63,590 bases of DNA, filler included, from Octopus bimaculoides (GCF_001194135.2; 6 parts of 6 records of this genome joined end to end with filler, not necessarily neighbours in it); one strand, 5' to 3'. Shown: positions 26,280 to 40,385, numbered from the whole stretch's first letter. Program-made: numbers and translations. The notes: generated by a model not told the origin, from the sequence alone.

Positions 26280-26430
26280 CTAGGCACAAGGCCTGAAATT
26301 TTTGTGGAGGGGGCCAGTCGATTAGATCGACCCCAGTGCACAACTGGTACTTAATTTATCCACTCCAAAAGGATGAAAGGCAAAGTCAACCATGGCGGAG
26401 TTTGAACTCAGAATGTAAAGACAGTCGAAA
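26280..26430 (-). mobile_element. tRNA-derived SINE, family A (partial)
   Basis: Reverse complement of gagttcaaa..ccgcc..ggt.gactttgcctttcatcct...gataaattaagtaccag...ggggtcgat...ccttgtgcc. Confidence 0.8.
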
Positions 26431-27246
26431 AAGAATATATTATTGACAGATTTGTTAAAAGTGTTGGTGAAAAATAAAGATTATAAAATAAATGGAAAGA
26501 AAGAAAACCAAACAAGTTTATCTGACAATGAAATAGATTTGAACCTATATTTCTAAGGCCAAGATAAAGCATCAAGTTCTTTGGTATGCAGAATGATAAA
26601 ATTGTCATGTTTAGAGAATCAAGTGTTATGTTGAAGTGTGACAATGTGTAGGAAGATCTAATGTGAAGGACTACAACTATAAAAGTTTCGTGTTTGCAAA
26701 TTTCCTTATCAAAGCAATAATTAAAGGTAGATGTTAGCAAATTATCTCATTGCAATTTTCTTGATTAAATTCTTTGTGAACACAAAGCAAACAGAAAACC
26801 ACTTCACCTTCCCCCATGAAAGTTACCAACTACCCATGCATTTCCCACAAGTTTAAAGTTACAATTGTACAACATAAGTGTTTAAATTGTTCAGTGTAAC
26901 TTTCCATAGCAAAATAGATTTCAACAGAATCAGCATTTTTGGAGAATACGTCTTCTTGTCTTCACCTGGATTATAATAACAAACATAACTATGTTATTGA
27001 AACACTCCACTCTACACTGTGTTCTGTTCTCATGCTAGCACCATTTGCTGAATATATAAATGAAATAAATATTCATTCTGAGGTGCCATGCTAAATTCTG
27101 TCTTAGAACTAATGTATTTAAATCACATATTTATCTTCTAATCATTTTTAAGTCATTACGTTTACTCAACTTAACATATTGTGTTGAGCATTTACAGAAG
27201 TTCACACATTCACACTCATAGTTGCACCTTTCTCTATTCATTCCTT

Positions 27247-27289
<43 letters not shown>

Positions 27290-28137
27290 TCTCTCTGCTA
27301 CCATCTCTCTCCCTCAGTCTCTGTCTCTTATTCTTTTTCACTTTTTCCTGTTCGCGCATTCCCTTCTATTATACTAAACAGATCGCTGCTTAAGATTAGT
27401 ATTCTAAATTCTTTACTTCTTCAAATTAACATGTCTCGACAACACTTAACATTTTCCAAGAGATGACGTTAATAGCCTGACAAATTTTACTATTTAAAAC
27501 CGGCTTAAACGACTGCTATTCTAAGTGAGAATACTAATTGTTGTGTAATCCTGGTTATCTGTTCGCATCATCAAATATTGGTGCCGTACACTTTTGGACA
27601 AATGCAAAGTAACAATGTTGGCACTGATATTTAAAGAATAGATATTTTGACAAACCTGACGAGTTTTGAGGATCTTAATTACATCTAAGATTAAAGAATG
27701 TTGTGTCAACATTTACTATTCCACACACAAATAGTCAAACAGACACACACACACAAACACTCATACACACACAAAAACACCCACATGAGCTTATATATAG
27801 CACCAAGTGGTGAGGGGGGAATGGCAAAATCAATATGTTAACACAAATTGTGAATTACTAAGTTCCAATAAGATTTCCTTACCAATATCGGTGCATATTC
27901 TTGCATGATTTTTGCATATTGCTAATGAGAGCCTACATTAGTCAGAAGGGTCTTTTGGACAGTTGCTTGACAACAAATTCCATGGTATTAGTGGTAGATG
28001 AATCTTCCACTGTACAACATGTCATGTTTTCAAGAAATATTCACAGTTCTGGTACCAATTCCAAATAAATATAAGAATAAAACTAAACACTCAAATTGTT
28101 TACTAAAAATTTGCATATATACTTGTGTACACACAAA

Positions 28138-28173
<36 letters not shown>

Positions 28174-28616
28174 ACACATATATATATATACACAATCTAA
28201 TCCAATACACATGTGCACACACATAAATTCATAGAAGATCTCTCGTCTATGTGCAAACAGACAACCTCATATACACACATGCATATATATCTGTGTACAT
28301 ACAAACAGGTAAACATGTATATACATGCAAATCAATACATTAAAAAAACATGTGTATGTGTTCACACAATCACATAGAAACACACATGCTTCGAAGTTTA
28401 TCCCTAATAGTGGTTTGGATTTTGGTTGTTCCTTCTAGCATGCCAGGAATCCTATGATGGATACCTCTTATGTGTTTCAATGTACACTGTATTTATACAC
28501 ACAGATATGTATATATACATGTTCATACAAACACACAAATGTACAACATATAAATATGCATATACCTATATGCATAGACATATATGTATACATGCATATA
28601 TATATATATATATATT

Positions 28617-28768
28617 GGCGTTAGGAAGGGCATCCAGCTGTAGAAACTCTGCCAAATCAGATTGGAGCCTGGTGTTGCCATCCGGTTTCACCAGTCCTCA
28701 GTCAAATCGTCCAACCCATGCTAGCATGGAAAGCGGACGTTAAACGATGATGATGATGATGATGATGA
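28617..28768 (+). mobile_element. RTE-type LINE/SINE 3' tail
   Basis: ggcgttaggaagggcatccagctgtagaaa...ccaacccatgctagcatggaaagcggacgttaaacgatgatgatg, homologous to the 21983 and 42720 copies. Confidence 0.75.
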
Positions 28769-31457
28769 TATATATATATATATATATATATACGTATATG
28801 AATATACATACACACACACTTCTATATACATATGCATCTTGACACAGACCAAAACCCAGACGCAAACAAACATATAAATAACCAACTCTTCTGTTAAAAG
28901 ACAAGTTTTGCTGTTGGATGGCCACAGGAAGTGGAAGCTGATTACAGCATAAAATCTTGCAAGAAAAGACAAAACAAAATAACAAAAACACAATCTCAAG
29001 AATACAGCTTTTTATGGATATAACAAAAGAGACAGCAACGTCTGCATGATTCTTGCAAAAAATGGTTAATTTCCCTTCCAGAACAAAACACTTGATATTG
29101 ATAAAAAGGAATTTGTATTTTTGTTATATTATTTATGTTTTCTACAAAAGTATTTTGAACTGGATTTCAATCCAATTGTGAATTATATTTTGGACAGCAG
29201 AAGAATTTTTATTTGATTACTTCATTTCAAACTGAGAATATCTAAAAGACTCTGGAATGTGATATATACATATGTGTGTGTGTATANNNNNNNNNNNNNN
29301 NNNNNNNNNNNNNNNNNNNNNNNNNNNNNNNNNNNNNNNNNNNNNNNNNNNNNNNNNNNNNNNNNNNNNNNNNNNNNNNNNNNNNNNNNNNNNNNNNNNN
29401 NNNNNNNNNNNNNNNNNNNNNNNNNNNNNNNNNNNNNNNNNNNNNNNNNNNNNNNNNNNNNNNNNNNNNNNNNNNNNNNNNNNNNNNNNNNNNNNNNNNN
29501 NNNNNNNNNNNNNNNNNNNNNNNNNNNNNNNNNNNNNNNNNNNNNNNNNNNNNNNNNNNNNNNNNNNNNNNNNNNNNNNNNNNNNNNNNNNNNNNNNNNN
29601 NNNNNNNNNNNNNNNNNNNNNNNNNNNNNNNNNNNNNNNNNNNNNNNNNNNNNNNNNNNNNNNNNNNNNNNNNNNNNNNNNNNNNNNNNNNNNNNNNNNN
29701 NNNNNNNNNNNNNNNNNNNNNNNNNNNNNNNNNNNNNNNNNNNNNNNNNNNNNNNNNNNNNNNNNNNNNNNNNNNNNNNNNNNNNNNNNNNNNNNNNNNN
29801 NNNNNNNNNNNNNNNNNNNNNNNNNNNNNNNNNNNNNNNNNNNNNNNNNNNNNNNNNNNNNNNNNNNNNNNNNNNNNNNNNNNNNNNNNNNNNNNNNNNN
29901 NNNNNNNNNNNNNNNNNNNNNNNNNNNNNNNNNNNNNNNNNNNNNNNNNNNNNNNNNNNNNNNNNNNNNNNNNNNNNNNNNNNNNNNNNNNNNNNNNNNN
30001 NNNNNNNNNNNNNNNNNNNNNNNNNNNNNNNNNNNNNNNNNNNNNNNNNNNCATATATATATATATATATGTATAAATACATATACATATGTATGTATAT
30101 ATGCATATATGTATATACACACATATATGTATATATGTATATATATTATATGCACACACACACACACATATATGCATGCATATATATAAGCTTATATATG
30201 TATATGTACATTCATATGTATGTGTGTGTGTTTGTGTGCATGTATGTATGTACATATGTAGGGAGAGATAGCTGGATAGATACATGCACATGGACAGATA
30301 TTGTCTGTATACATAGATATAGATATATGTACATATACATATATATATACATATAAGATATAGATGTAGATATACAATCACATATATATACGTACACACA
30401 TGCATAAATACCACCAGAATTACAGTAGGGTTGCAATTGCAGTAGTTAATAATCGATGCAGTAGAAACATGTGTAGGTCTGTTCGAAGCTGTGTATATAT
30501 AAAAAGGTATTAAAAGCACTGCTAATGCTACTTCATAATAATCCTTATTAATTATCGTTATTGATATATAAATGCTTGAAATGCAAGAGTAGAACAACAG
30601 CCAACAACTGACGAAGGGTCGTTCTTTATGTTGTTTGTTTTGTTTTCCATTTGTGTCTTTCGTTTTTCGAAAGAATAGCTCATGTTCCATGTATTCGTAC
30701 TTCGTACTTTTTTTGTAGTACATATTTCATGACGTCCTGTGCCCACTGGAAAAGAAGATATAAGATTGCCAGGTTTTTGTCTCTCTCACCGAGGTCAGCA
30801 GCTATCGAACGCCGACGAAGGGAAATNNNNNNNNNNNNNNNNNNNNNNNNNNNNNNNNNNNNNNNNNNNNNNNNNNNNNNNNNNNNNNNNNNNNNNNNNN
30901 NNNNNNNNNNNNNNNNNNNNNNNNNNNNNNNNNNNNNNNNNNNNNNNNNNNNNNNNNNNNNNNNNNNNNNNNNNNNNNNNNNNNNNNNNNNNNNNNNNNN
31001 NNNNNNNNNNNNNNNNNNNNNNNNNNNNNNNNNNNNNNNNNNNNNNNNNNNNNNNNNNNNNNNNNNNNNNNNNNNNNNNNNNNNNNNNNNNNNNNNNNNN
31101 NNNNNNNNNNNNNNNNNNNNNNNNNNNNNNNNNNNNNNNNNNNNNNNNNNNNNNNNNNNNNNNNNNNNNNNNNNNNNNNNNNNNNNNNNNNNNNNNNNNN
31201 NNNNNNNNNNNNNNNNNNNNNNNNNNNNNNNNNNNNNNNNNNNNNNNNNNNNNNNNNNNNNNNNNNNNNNNNNNNNNNNNNNNNNNNNNNNNNNNNNNNN
31301 NNNNNNNNNNNNNNNNNNNNNNNNNNNNNNNNNNNNNNNNNNNNNNNNNNNNNNNNNNNNNNNNNNNNNNNNNNNNNNNNNNNNNNNNNNNNNNNNNNNN
31401 NNNNNNNNNNNNNNNNNNNNNNNNNNNNNNNNNNNNNNNNNNNNNNNNNNNNNNNNN

Positions 31458-31490
<33 letters not shown>

Positions 31491-32089
31491 TTAGGGAAAA
31501 TAACCAGTTTTCAAGAACTCATCGATGAAAATCCACTATCACATATAGAAAAATTTTGTCCCTAATAATATTATATATATATATATATATTTTATTTATA
31601 TTATTATATGACTGAACTCCATCCTTTTCCAAGTAAGTTTTATTTATCTATATATATATATATATACATTTATAATTAGACATAAATAATACATACATGC
31701 ATACCTACATCCATGCAGACATGTACTCACACACGCACGCACATACTTGCACAGTGTATGTCATAAATACTGAGAAACTAGTCCTATGCCGTTAGATGTT
31801 TATCACAATGGAGCGTCAGATATTGCCACAGCCTTGTATCTTGAGATAATTACATTAATGTGTAAGTTCTTGAAGAGCAGCAGCGCTGTGAGAATTGGGG
31901 CCTGAGATGTAAAATATGGAATATGACACAATAGAAAGGATGTTTGCCATTAGGAATCAGGTTAGTTACCATTCTTCTTTTATTCTTTGATTGGCACCAT
32001 ATGTAGGTAGCTTGTCTTCTGCACTTACATACGTTAAACTTGCCTATGTATATACGTACATACATACATACGTATTCATGTATATGTAT

Positions 32090-32215
<126 letters not shown>

Positions 32216-32496
32216 ATGTATCTGTGTATGTATGTATGTCGTGGGACATAAGTATGTGTTCGAAAGTTTTTGTACGTATGTTTAGTTGTGTTGTGTTTTT
32301 TAATTAGTTATAGTGCTGTCATAAACATGACATGCTTGAAAAAATAGAGATTCATCTGATTTTTTTTACATCCAGAATACGTATGTATGTCTGTCTTCCT
32401 ATATATATATATGTGTTTGTGTGTGTGTGTGTTTATGTGTGTATGTATACATATATATATGTATGTATATATTGTATGTGTGTGTGTGTGTGCATG

Positions 32497-32527
<31 letters not shown>

Positions 32528-33368
32528 ATTGATGATGATGACGATGATGGTGATATCATCATCATCATCATCATCGTTTAACGTCTGCTTTAAACGATGA
32601 TGATGATAATGATGATATCACCATCATCGTCATCATCATCATCATATATANNNNNNNNNNNNNNNNNNNNNNNNNNNNNNNNNNNNNNNNNNNNNNNNNN
32701 NNNNNNNNNNNNNNNNNNNNNNNNNNNNNNNNNNNNNNNNNNNNNNNNNNNNNNNNNNNNNNNNNNNNNNNNNNNNNNNNNNNNNNNNNNNNNNNNNNNN
32801 NNNNNNNNNNNNNNNNNNNNNNNNNNNNNNNNNNNNNNNNNNNNNNNNNNNNNNNNNNNATATATATATATATATATATATTCATAAGTAAATATACACA
32901 CAATCATACATTCATTTGCATATACTGGCATATGCACTTACAGATATTGAGATTCCAAAATACATTTTTAGATACACACGCACGTGTTTGTGTGTGTACA
33001 TATACACATGTATTTATACGTATATGTATTTATGTATATACATATATATACATGTGTATATGAAAACAATGATTGAAATACCTTATCTCTTACTAAACCC
33101 TTTTTGTTACCTAGAATATTGGATTTCCTTTGTTCTTATATTCGGCATTTAGAACTAACGATTTTTTTTGCAGGTCTTCAGTTCTTCCCATTGTGCTTGT
33201 AATACATCATGTCATCGTAAAAGACTTTAAGATGTCGAATAATTTCACACTAAACATCTGAGATCATTAAATTTTTGCAATGTTGCAAAATAATTACACA
33301 TTCTGTTGAGAATATAATGCATAAAGATATTTTGGCTTGTATGTATTGTGTACATGTTCACATGTATG

Positions 33369-33401
<33 letters not shown>

Positions 33402-33489
33402 ATGTATATATGAACAGACAAATAAATAGATAGGTAAATATAGATGAATTTATATATATATAGTAGCCTTTAGCCCACCTCCACCCCAA

Positions 33490-33890
33490 AAGGATTAAAG
33501 GCAAAGTCGACTTGAGTATATTTGAACTCAGGCCACAAGGATGGAAGAAATGGCCGCTAGGCATTTTCTCCAGCATGCTAATGAGTCTTCCATATGATGA
33601 TGATGATGATGATGATGATGGTGGTGGTGAGAAGGAGGAGGTGAAGAAGAAGAAGACGAAGAAGACGAAGAAGAAGAAGCAGAAGAAGAAGAATCTTTTC
33701 TATTATAGGCACAAGGTCTGAAATTTTGGGGGATTACATTGACCCCAGTGCTTCACTGGTACTGAATTTATTGGCCCCAAAGTGATGAAAAGCAAAGTCG
33801 ACCACAGTGGAATTTGAACTCAGAACATGAAGGTGGACAAAATACCACTTAGCATTTCTCCAGGCATGCTGAGGACTGTGCCATCTCACC
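33490..33890 (-). mobile_element. Two decayed family A SINE copies separated by a GAT/GAA microsatellite
   Basis: aaaggattaaaggcaaagtcgac...tttgaactcag (33490-33592) and ggcacaaggtctgaaatttt...atttgaactcagaac (33705-33890). Confidence 0.7.
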
Positions 33891-34226
33891 ACAATAATAA
33901 TAATAATAATAATAATAATGATAATAATAATAATAATCATAAAAATAATCATAGCAGCAACAAAAACAACTGCAGCAGGATAACAACAATTGAGTTGGTG
34001 ATGAGGGGAACTTATTCCGTTATGTAACCTAACGTTATACAATAGAGTTGTTAGTTCCAACTGGGAGTTCTTTCTGAGAATATAAATAGTCAAAACGCAA
34101 AGAATTGATGAATCACAGACCAGAGAATTTGGTGCTGATGATTCAGTTTAATTAGACAAAGTGGTTCTGATTCTCAGTGCTCATCCCAAAAGCGTAACCC
34201 AAGAGTTGGGTGTTCACTTATAGACT

Positions 34227-34267
<41 letters not shown>

Positions 34268-35631
34268 CAAAAGAGAGAGTGTCTAAATTTGTTGGCTACT
34301 GTAATATCTATTTACCAGGAAATCCACCCCATTCATAACATGTCTGCAGCTTTTCAATTCCTAATTCTCAAGAGAAATTATATACAACTCAATGATATAG
34401 ATATATGTTGACCTTTGACCTTTCCGACATCCTCCAGTGTGTGATGGCCTGGGTTACTACTGTAAGACAGTAATGCTTTATATTCCGATCGAGTCATAAC
34501 AGAATTACCAATTTTAAAACATTAGCAATTGCATTTTGTTCTCAACAGTGTTGCGAAGTATGGAATCCCACAAGTGCCAGATATCATTTCTTTCAAGTTC
34601 TGATGGCATGCATATATTATAAAGTATTCTGGTACATCATATTTCACTCTTTAAATCAATAAGGAATCAACTCTCAGCCATTATTCTTCTGTAAGATGTA
34701 ACAGAATGAATTCCAGAAATAGAGTGAAGACACACCAACCATAGTCTTAAACTTTTGGAAAGAAATGATGAGGAAAAAATTAAGTGACTTGGGCCCGGTC
34801 CAGCCCTTCCCCTCCCCCAACACACACATGCACATAGGCATCAAGTCATTAAAGTGTAGGACGATATATCCTGTGGTATTTTTTCCAAATCTGTAATCTG
34901 AGTTCAAATCTTACTGATGTCAACTTGTTTTGTTTTCATCCTTTCATGAAAGGAGCAGATGTAAGCTGTGAGGTTAAGAAGTTTGCTTTCCAATCTTATG
35001 GTTTTAGAATCAGTGCCACTGTGTGCCATCTTGGGAAAATGTGTATGACCCCTGTCCAACCAAAGCCCTGTTAGTAGGCTTGATAAATGGAAATTGAAAG
35101 AAGGCTTTCACAAGTACGTGCATGTGTGTGTGTGTGTGTGTCAGAGCCTCACATTCTGAAGCCATTTTTCTGCGAGTTCTTTGGGGAAGAATTCTTTCAC
35201 TGAATCTTTCACATTGATTAAGTGTCATGACCACAGGAATTAAGCCGTGGATTGGAACAATTAATAATCCAAAGTGGGATAAGTCCAGATTATATATGCT
35301 GGGTGTGGCATCAGTGCAATTTCTTCAGGTTCCTGGAGTTTATTCCAGGTTCTTTGAGTGGTATGAGGTCTTGTGATGCCTTGACATAGAAGAGGTTGCT
35401 TTCTGTTGACCAATGCCAGGCATTTTTACTGCAAAATGGCATACGTCCAGGATTTTGTTGCCCTGAGGCTATAGAAGAAAAGACTTGCCCAAGGTGTCAT
35501 TCAATTGGACTGAACCTGGAGGCATGTGGTTGGGATGAAAAGGGTCTGACAAGGCATGTGTAAAGTTATGCACTTTATGGACGGGAAAACCAGGGTAACC
35601 CTATAAACCGGCCATAACTAGCATTCCCTAT

Positions 35632-35672
<41 letters not shown>

Positions 35673-36062
35673 NNNNNNNNNNNNNNNNNNNNNNNNNNNN
35701 NNNNNNNNNNNNNNNNNNNNNNNNNNNNNNNNNNNNNNNNNNNNNNNNNNNNNNNNNNNNNNNNNNNNNNNNNNNNNNNNNNNNNNNNNNNNNNNNNNNN
35801 NNNNNNNNNNNNNNNNNNNNNNNNNNNNNNNNNNNNNNNNNNNNNNNNNNNNNNNNNNNNNNNNNNNNNNNNNNNNNNNNNNNNNNNNNNNNNNNNNNNN
35901 NNNNNNNNNNNNNNNNNNNNNNNNNNNNNNNNNNNNNNNNNNNNNNNNNNNNNNNNNNNNNNNNNNNNNNNNNNNNNNNNNNNNNNNNNNNNNNNNNNNN
36001 NNNNNNNNNNNNNNNNNNNNNNNNNNNNNNNNNNNNNNNNNNNNNNNNNNNNNNNNNNNNNN

Positions 36063-36113
<51 letters not shown>

Positions 36114-36726
36114 CACTCACACACGCCTATATACTCACATTCACACATAAATACATATTCATATTTCATAAAATATTGATAGACTTAAAGATATATAGAT
36201 ATTCAGATATACATATGTATATATATATGTGTGCATGTGTATGTGTGTGCACGCGCATGTGTGTGTGCATGTATGTCTGTATGTGTGTGTGTGACCACAT
36301 ATGTTTATGCCGTCAGACTCCAGAATAGTAAGTTTAACCATTCCCCCTTATGAATCAATATGAATAGAGATGGGCTAGACAAACATTCATCGATTACTTA
36401 TCAATATGCATACAAGCCTTCTAAATATATCAAAGAAGAATTATTTAAATTGTTTCCATGCATTAGATCTACATTCTTTTCCATAACTTATTCCCCACAG
36501 TGTCGTTTGAAATCATCACTTTAAAATATTTATTAAGTTCAAGCTATCTCTTTTTCCATCCGTATTATGTTCAAATAACACAAACATGTGTAAATGATGA
36601 TATATATTTATACGCACATGAAAAATATCCATGTATAAAGTGCATGACAATTTGTGAATATTTCTGTGTGTATGTGTATGTACATGTACCAGCAAAATTC
36701 TCCATCTCTCTCCCTCTCTCTCTCTC

Positions 36727-36950
36727 AGGCATGGCTGCGTGGTAAGAAGTTTACTTCCCAACCACACGGTTCTGGGTTCAGTCCCATTGGGTGGTACCTT
36801 GGGCAGGTGATTTTTGCTATCACTTCAGGGCAACCAAATCCTGGATATATGCCATTGTGCAGCGAAAATACCCAAGTCTTCTACTAGAGCTTCAGGCAAA
36901 CCAAAGTCTATTGAGTGGATTTGGTAAAGAGAAAGGTGCCAATCAAATAT
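36727..36950 (+). mobile_element. tRNA-derived CORE-type SINE, family B
   Basis: ggcatggctgcgtggtaagaag...gggttcagtccc...ccttgggcagg (CORE-like ccttgggcaag)...gagtggatttggta. Confidence 0.75.
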
Positions 36951-37107
36951 ATATATATATGTGTGTGTGTGTGTGGTTTAGGTTTTAACTGGCCCTTTTA
37001 GCATGTAAGGAGTCCTGTCAAAGGCCTCTTCTTTGTGTATAGAAAGCTACTATACACTTATATATATAGATAGATATATGGATATACATACATATATATA
37101 TACATAC

Positions 37108-37146
<39 letters not shown>

Positions 37147-37814
37147 TACACACACACACATATATAAATATAAATATGTACCTACACAGATACAAAACAT
37201 GTGCATGTGTGTGTACCTTTATATAAACATTTCCCTTTGTTTATAAGAATTCCACTGATAATAGATAACTACACACACACAAACACACACAGAAAGCTTA
37301 CTTAAGCCCCTATTGTAAACACCTGTCAATTCCCTAGACCCAAATACATTAATTTCCTTAAGGGGATTTCTTCATGTTTAAATTCCCCGATAAAAACCAA
37401 TCTACAGACAGTAAATATGTTATGACTACAGCTGTGAACATTTTACTAGAAAGAAACTCATGAGTGTATAGCTTTAAATACTAACAGATCAGGGAACCCC
37501 CCTTTTTTACGCTTCTCATAACAGACCCCACCCTTTTTTCTTTTCATAACATCGTGCTATATTGGTAATGTATGATTTGTTGTGTGATGTTAATATTTCT
37601 CAGCTGGCAGAATCATTAGCACACTGGGCAAAATGCTTAGCAGTGTTCTGTCCGTTTTCACATTCTAAGTTCAAATCCTGCCAAGGCTGATTTTAACTTG
37701 CATCCTTTCAAAGTCGATGAAACAACTACCAGCATCTTCCCGCAGAATTACACATTTTGGGCCAAAATCTGAGATCATCATCATCATCATTATTATAATT
37801 ATTATTATTATTAT

Positions 37815-38430
37815 TATTATTATTTAGTGAAAGAGCAGTGTATGCCATCAAAGTGACACTGGGGTACAAATATACGATGCCCAGTATACCCATTATGACT
37901 AACCTATCTGACAAGGGTACACCAAGCACATGCATCACAACCATACGTTCACGACATAGTGATCTCATATCAAGATAAACAGCGCATGACCTTGCAAGTG
38001 GGGCCCAGTTAGAATTTTCTTCAGGTCGAGTAGTCCATTCTGCTCAAAAGGTCCCTGAATAAGGGTTGTTTATGGATGATGAATGAAATACCCAAGTTTC
38101 AAGAGGTGAATTATTCAAACCCCAAAGAATTCCTCACAACACATGGCTATGATGCTCCCCCACTATTTCTGTTCGTGATCAGAGATGCACATATCGTCAG
38201 CCACCNNNNNNNNNNCTATTTCTGTTCGTGATCAGAGATGCACATATCGTCAGCCACCAAGAGACATGCTCAACTGGCTAAGGTCAAACAACTGGCAATC
38301 AAATCTTTGGTATTGAGCAGAATATTTGCTGTAGCCCATCTTTTATACCAAGACAAAACAATGTACATGATAACACTTCCAATCAGTTAAGATCAGAAAC
38401 CATGAGAGTCACTGCCTGGTACTGCATCCG
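37815..38430. repeat. Unclassified ~600-bp interspersed-repeat-like block embedded between (TTA)n tracts
   Basis: Compositionally distinct block bounded by TTA microsatellites on both sides, with no intact ORF. Class not determinable; only one copy in the window. Confidence 0.3.
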
Positions 38431-38486
38431 GGCATTTATCATTATTATTATTATTATTATTATTATTGTTATTATTATTATTATTC

Positions 38487-38920
38487 AGGCGACGATCTGG
38501 CAGAATCGTTAGCTTGCCAGGCAAAATGCTTCGCAGTATTTTGTCTGTCTTTACGTCCTGAGTTCAAATTCCCCCAAGGTCAACTTTTCTTTTCATCCTT
38601 TTAGGGTCAATAAATTAAGTACCAGTGAAACACTGGGGTCGATGTGATCGACTATGCCCCTACCCCAAAATTCCAGGCCTTGTGCCTTTAGTAGAAAGGA
38701 TTATTATGATTTCAGGCAATAGGCTGGCAGAATCGTTAGCATGTCTGGCAAAAGGCTTACCAGCATTTCGTCCGTCCTTACATTCTGAGTTCAAATTCCA
38801 CCGAGGTCATCTTTGCCTTTCAGCCTCTCAGGGTTGATGAAATGAGTACCAGTTAAACACTGGGGTCGATGTAATCGACTGGCTCCTCCACTCCAAATTT
38901 CAGGCCTTGTGTCTATAATG
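38487..38920 (+). mobile_element. Two tandem family A SINE copies
   Basis: 38487-38700 and 38715-38920 each begin ggc..ctggcagaatcgttagc, carry ctgagttcaaattcc and end ccaggccttgtg. Confidence 0.85.
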
Positions 38921-38991
38921 AAAAGGATTGTTATTATTTGGGGCATCCTGAGGGACGACCTAGATAGATAGATATTATTATTATTATTGGT

Positions 38992-39035
<44 letters not shown>

Positions 39036-39489
39036 TAGTAGTGGCAGCAGCAGCAGCAGAATCATTACCATCAACATCATGGGTATTAATGCCTGTCAAA
39101 TTCGTTGTGGTGTTGTTATTCCAGTTCACAGAATAATAATCTGGTTTTGTTACCATTTTGCAAGACTTCTTTTTCTGTGTTTAACATTGGCTTCAAGAGA
39201 TGCAAGAATATTACAAATTCTTCAAATTTTCCTTTTACCATTCCTCAAAAGTGACATCGATCATTAGCTTGATTGATATCATCGTCACCATCATCATCGT
39301 TATCACTACCACCACCACCACCACCACCATTATCATCTCTAGTAGCATTTTTTCTGTTTTAATTAAAGAAATGTTAATTTTCCCATTGAATTAATATTAA
39401 CAGCTGAAAGCAAGAAGAGAGAAAATTCTAATAGTCAGCATTAATGCATTTTCATGGTATAAAAATTAAAATGATGATGATGATTCTTT

Positions 39490-39650
39490 GTAATTTTGGC
39501 ACAAAGCCAGCAATTTCGAGGTGGGGTGGGACAGTTGGTTACGCTGGCCCCCAGTATTTGACTGGTATTCTATTTCATCCACACTGGAAGGGTGGAAGGC
39601 AAATTTGGACTTTGAAGCAACTTGAACGCCAAACATAAAATGCCAGAAGA
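39490..39650 (-). mobile_element. Decayed family A SINE
   Basis: ggcacaaagccagcaattt...actggtattctatttcatcc...ggaaggcaaatttggac is the reverse complement of the family A body. Confidence 0.6.
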
Positions 39651-40162
39651 AATACAACAACAACATCAATAATAATAATAATAAGGATAACAATTATAAC
39701 AACAACAACAGCAACAGCAATGATAATTTCTTTTTATTTGCAAAAATTCCTTGATATTTGATTGGTTAAATTTTCTTGTTGAGAAATTATTTGGTATTTG
39801 GATTTTGGTAAATGAGATGGAACTTTAACTAATTGTTGATTCAGTGTGTCCATGTTTTCCATATCAAATTTTTAACATGTTAATCCAGCTAATCTAACTA
39901 ATTAACCCTTTGTCCTCCGTACATGGTGAGCATTCATAAATCACATTTATTTTATTTATTAATTTATTTATTCAACGGGGGGGGGGGGAGATATTGAACT
40001 GAAAAGGAAAAAAAAAATGCAAGTCTTTTAATAACAATGACTTATAAATATTGTTTTTGCTTTAGTGTCAGAGAATTTGGTGCCTGAGGATCTAATTCTA
40101 CCATTCTGTATTTCTTGGTTCCTATTTTGTGGTGTACACAATGTGATTAGTGAAAGGATTAA

Positions 40163-40385
40163 CCCTTTAGCACTCAAACTGGCCAAATGCATCCTAAATA
40201 TTCTATCAATTTTATATTCAAACTGCTGGCCAGATCCAGCCTGTCGAGCATACCCTACAATGCCATTCTGGAAATAAACAATCACATCGTCAAAATGTGA
40301 AAGCCATGAGATAATGACTGATTAATTCAAAACAATGTGAAGATATAAATATCACATTTGATGAAGTGATCTGAATGTCAAAGGG
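40163..40385. mobile_element. Non-autonomous TTAA-specific MITE (piggyBac-type ends)
   Basis: TTAA (40159-40162) CCCTTTAGCACTCAAA ... TCTGAATGTCAAAGGG TTAA (40386-40389): imperfect TIRs beginning CCCTTT, with TTAA on both sides. Confidence 0.8.

Noticed and set aside
28895-28955. RQVLLLDGH resembling the pogo DDE motif LLLDGH
   Set aside because: Isolated 6-residue match followed by a stop; no flanking homology.
30600-30690. CTGACGA ... CGAAA hammerhead-like boxes
   Set aside because: Stem II is essentially unpaired over ~50 nt and stem I is out of register; at best a heavily decayed PLE-LTR remnant.
31870-31910. [16 protein letters not shown] as a second insulin A chain
   Set aside because: Lacks the CC-x3/4-C-x8-C spacing.
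38163-38258. 43-bp direct repeat flanking a 10-N gap (similar cases around the 10-N gaps in the satellite)
   Set aside because: Typical unmerged contig overlap; assembly artefact.
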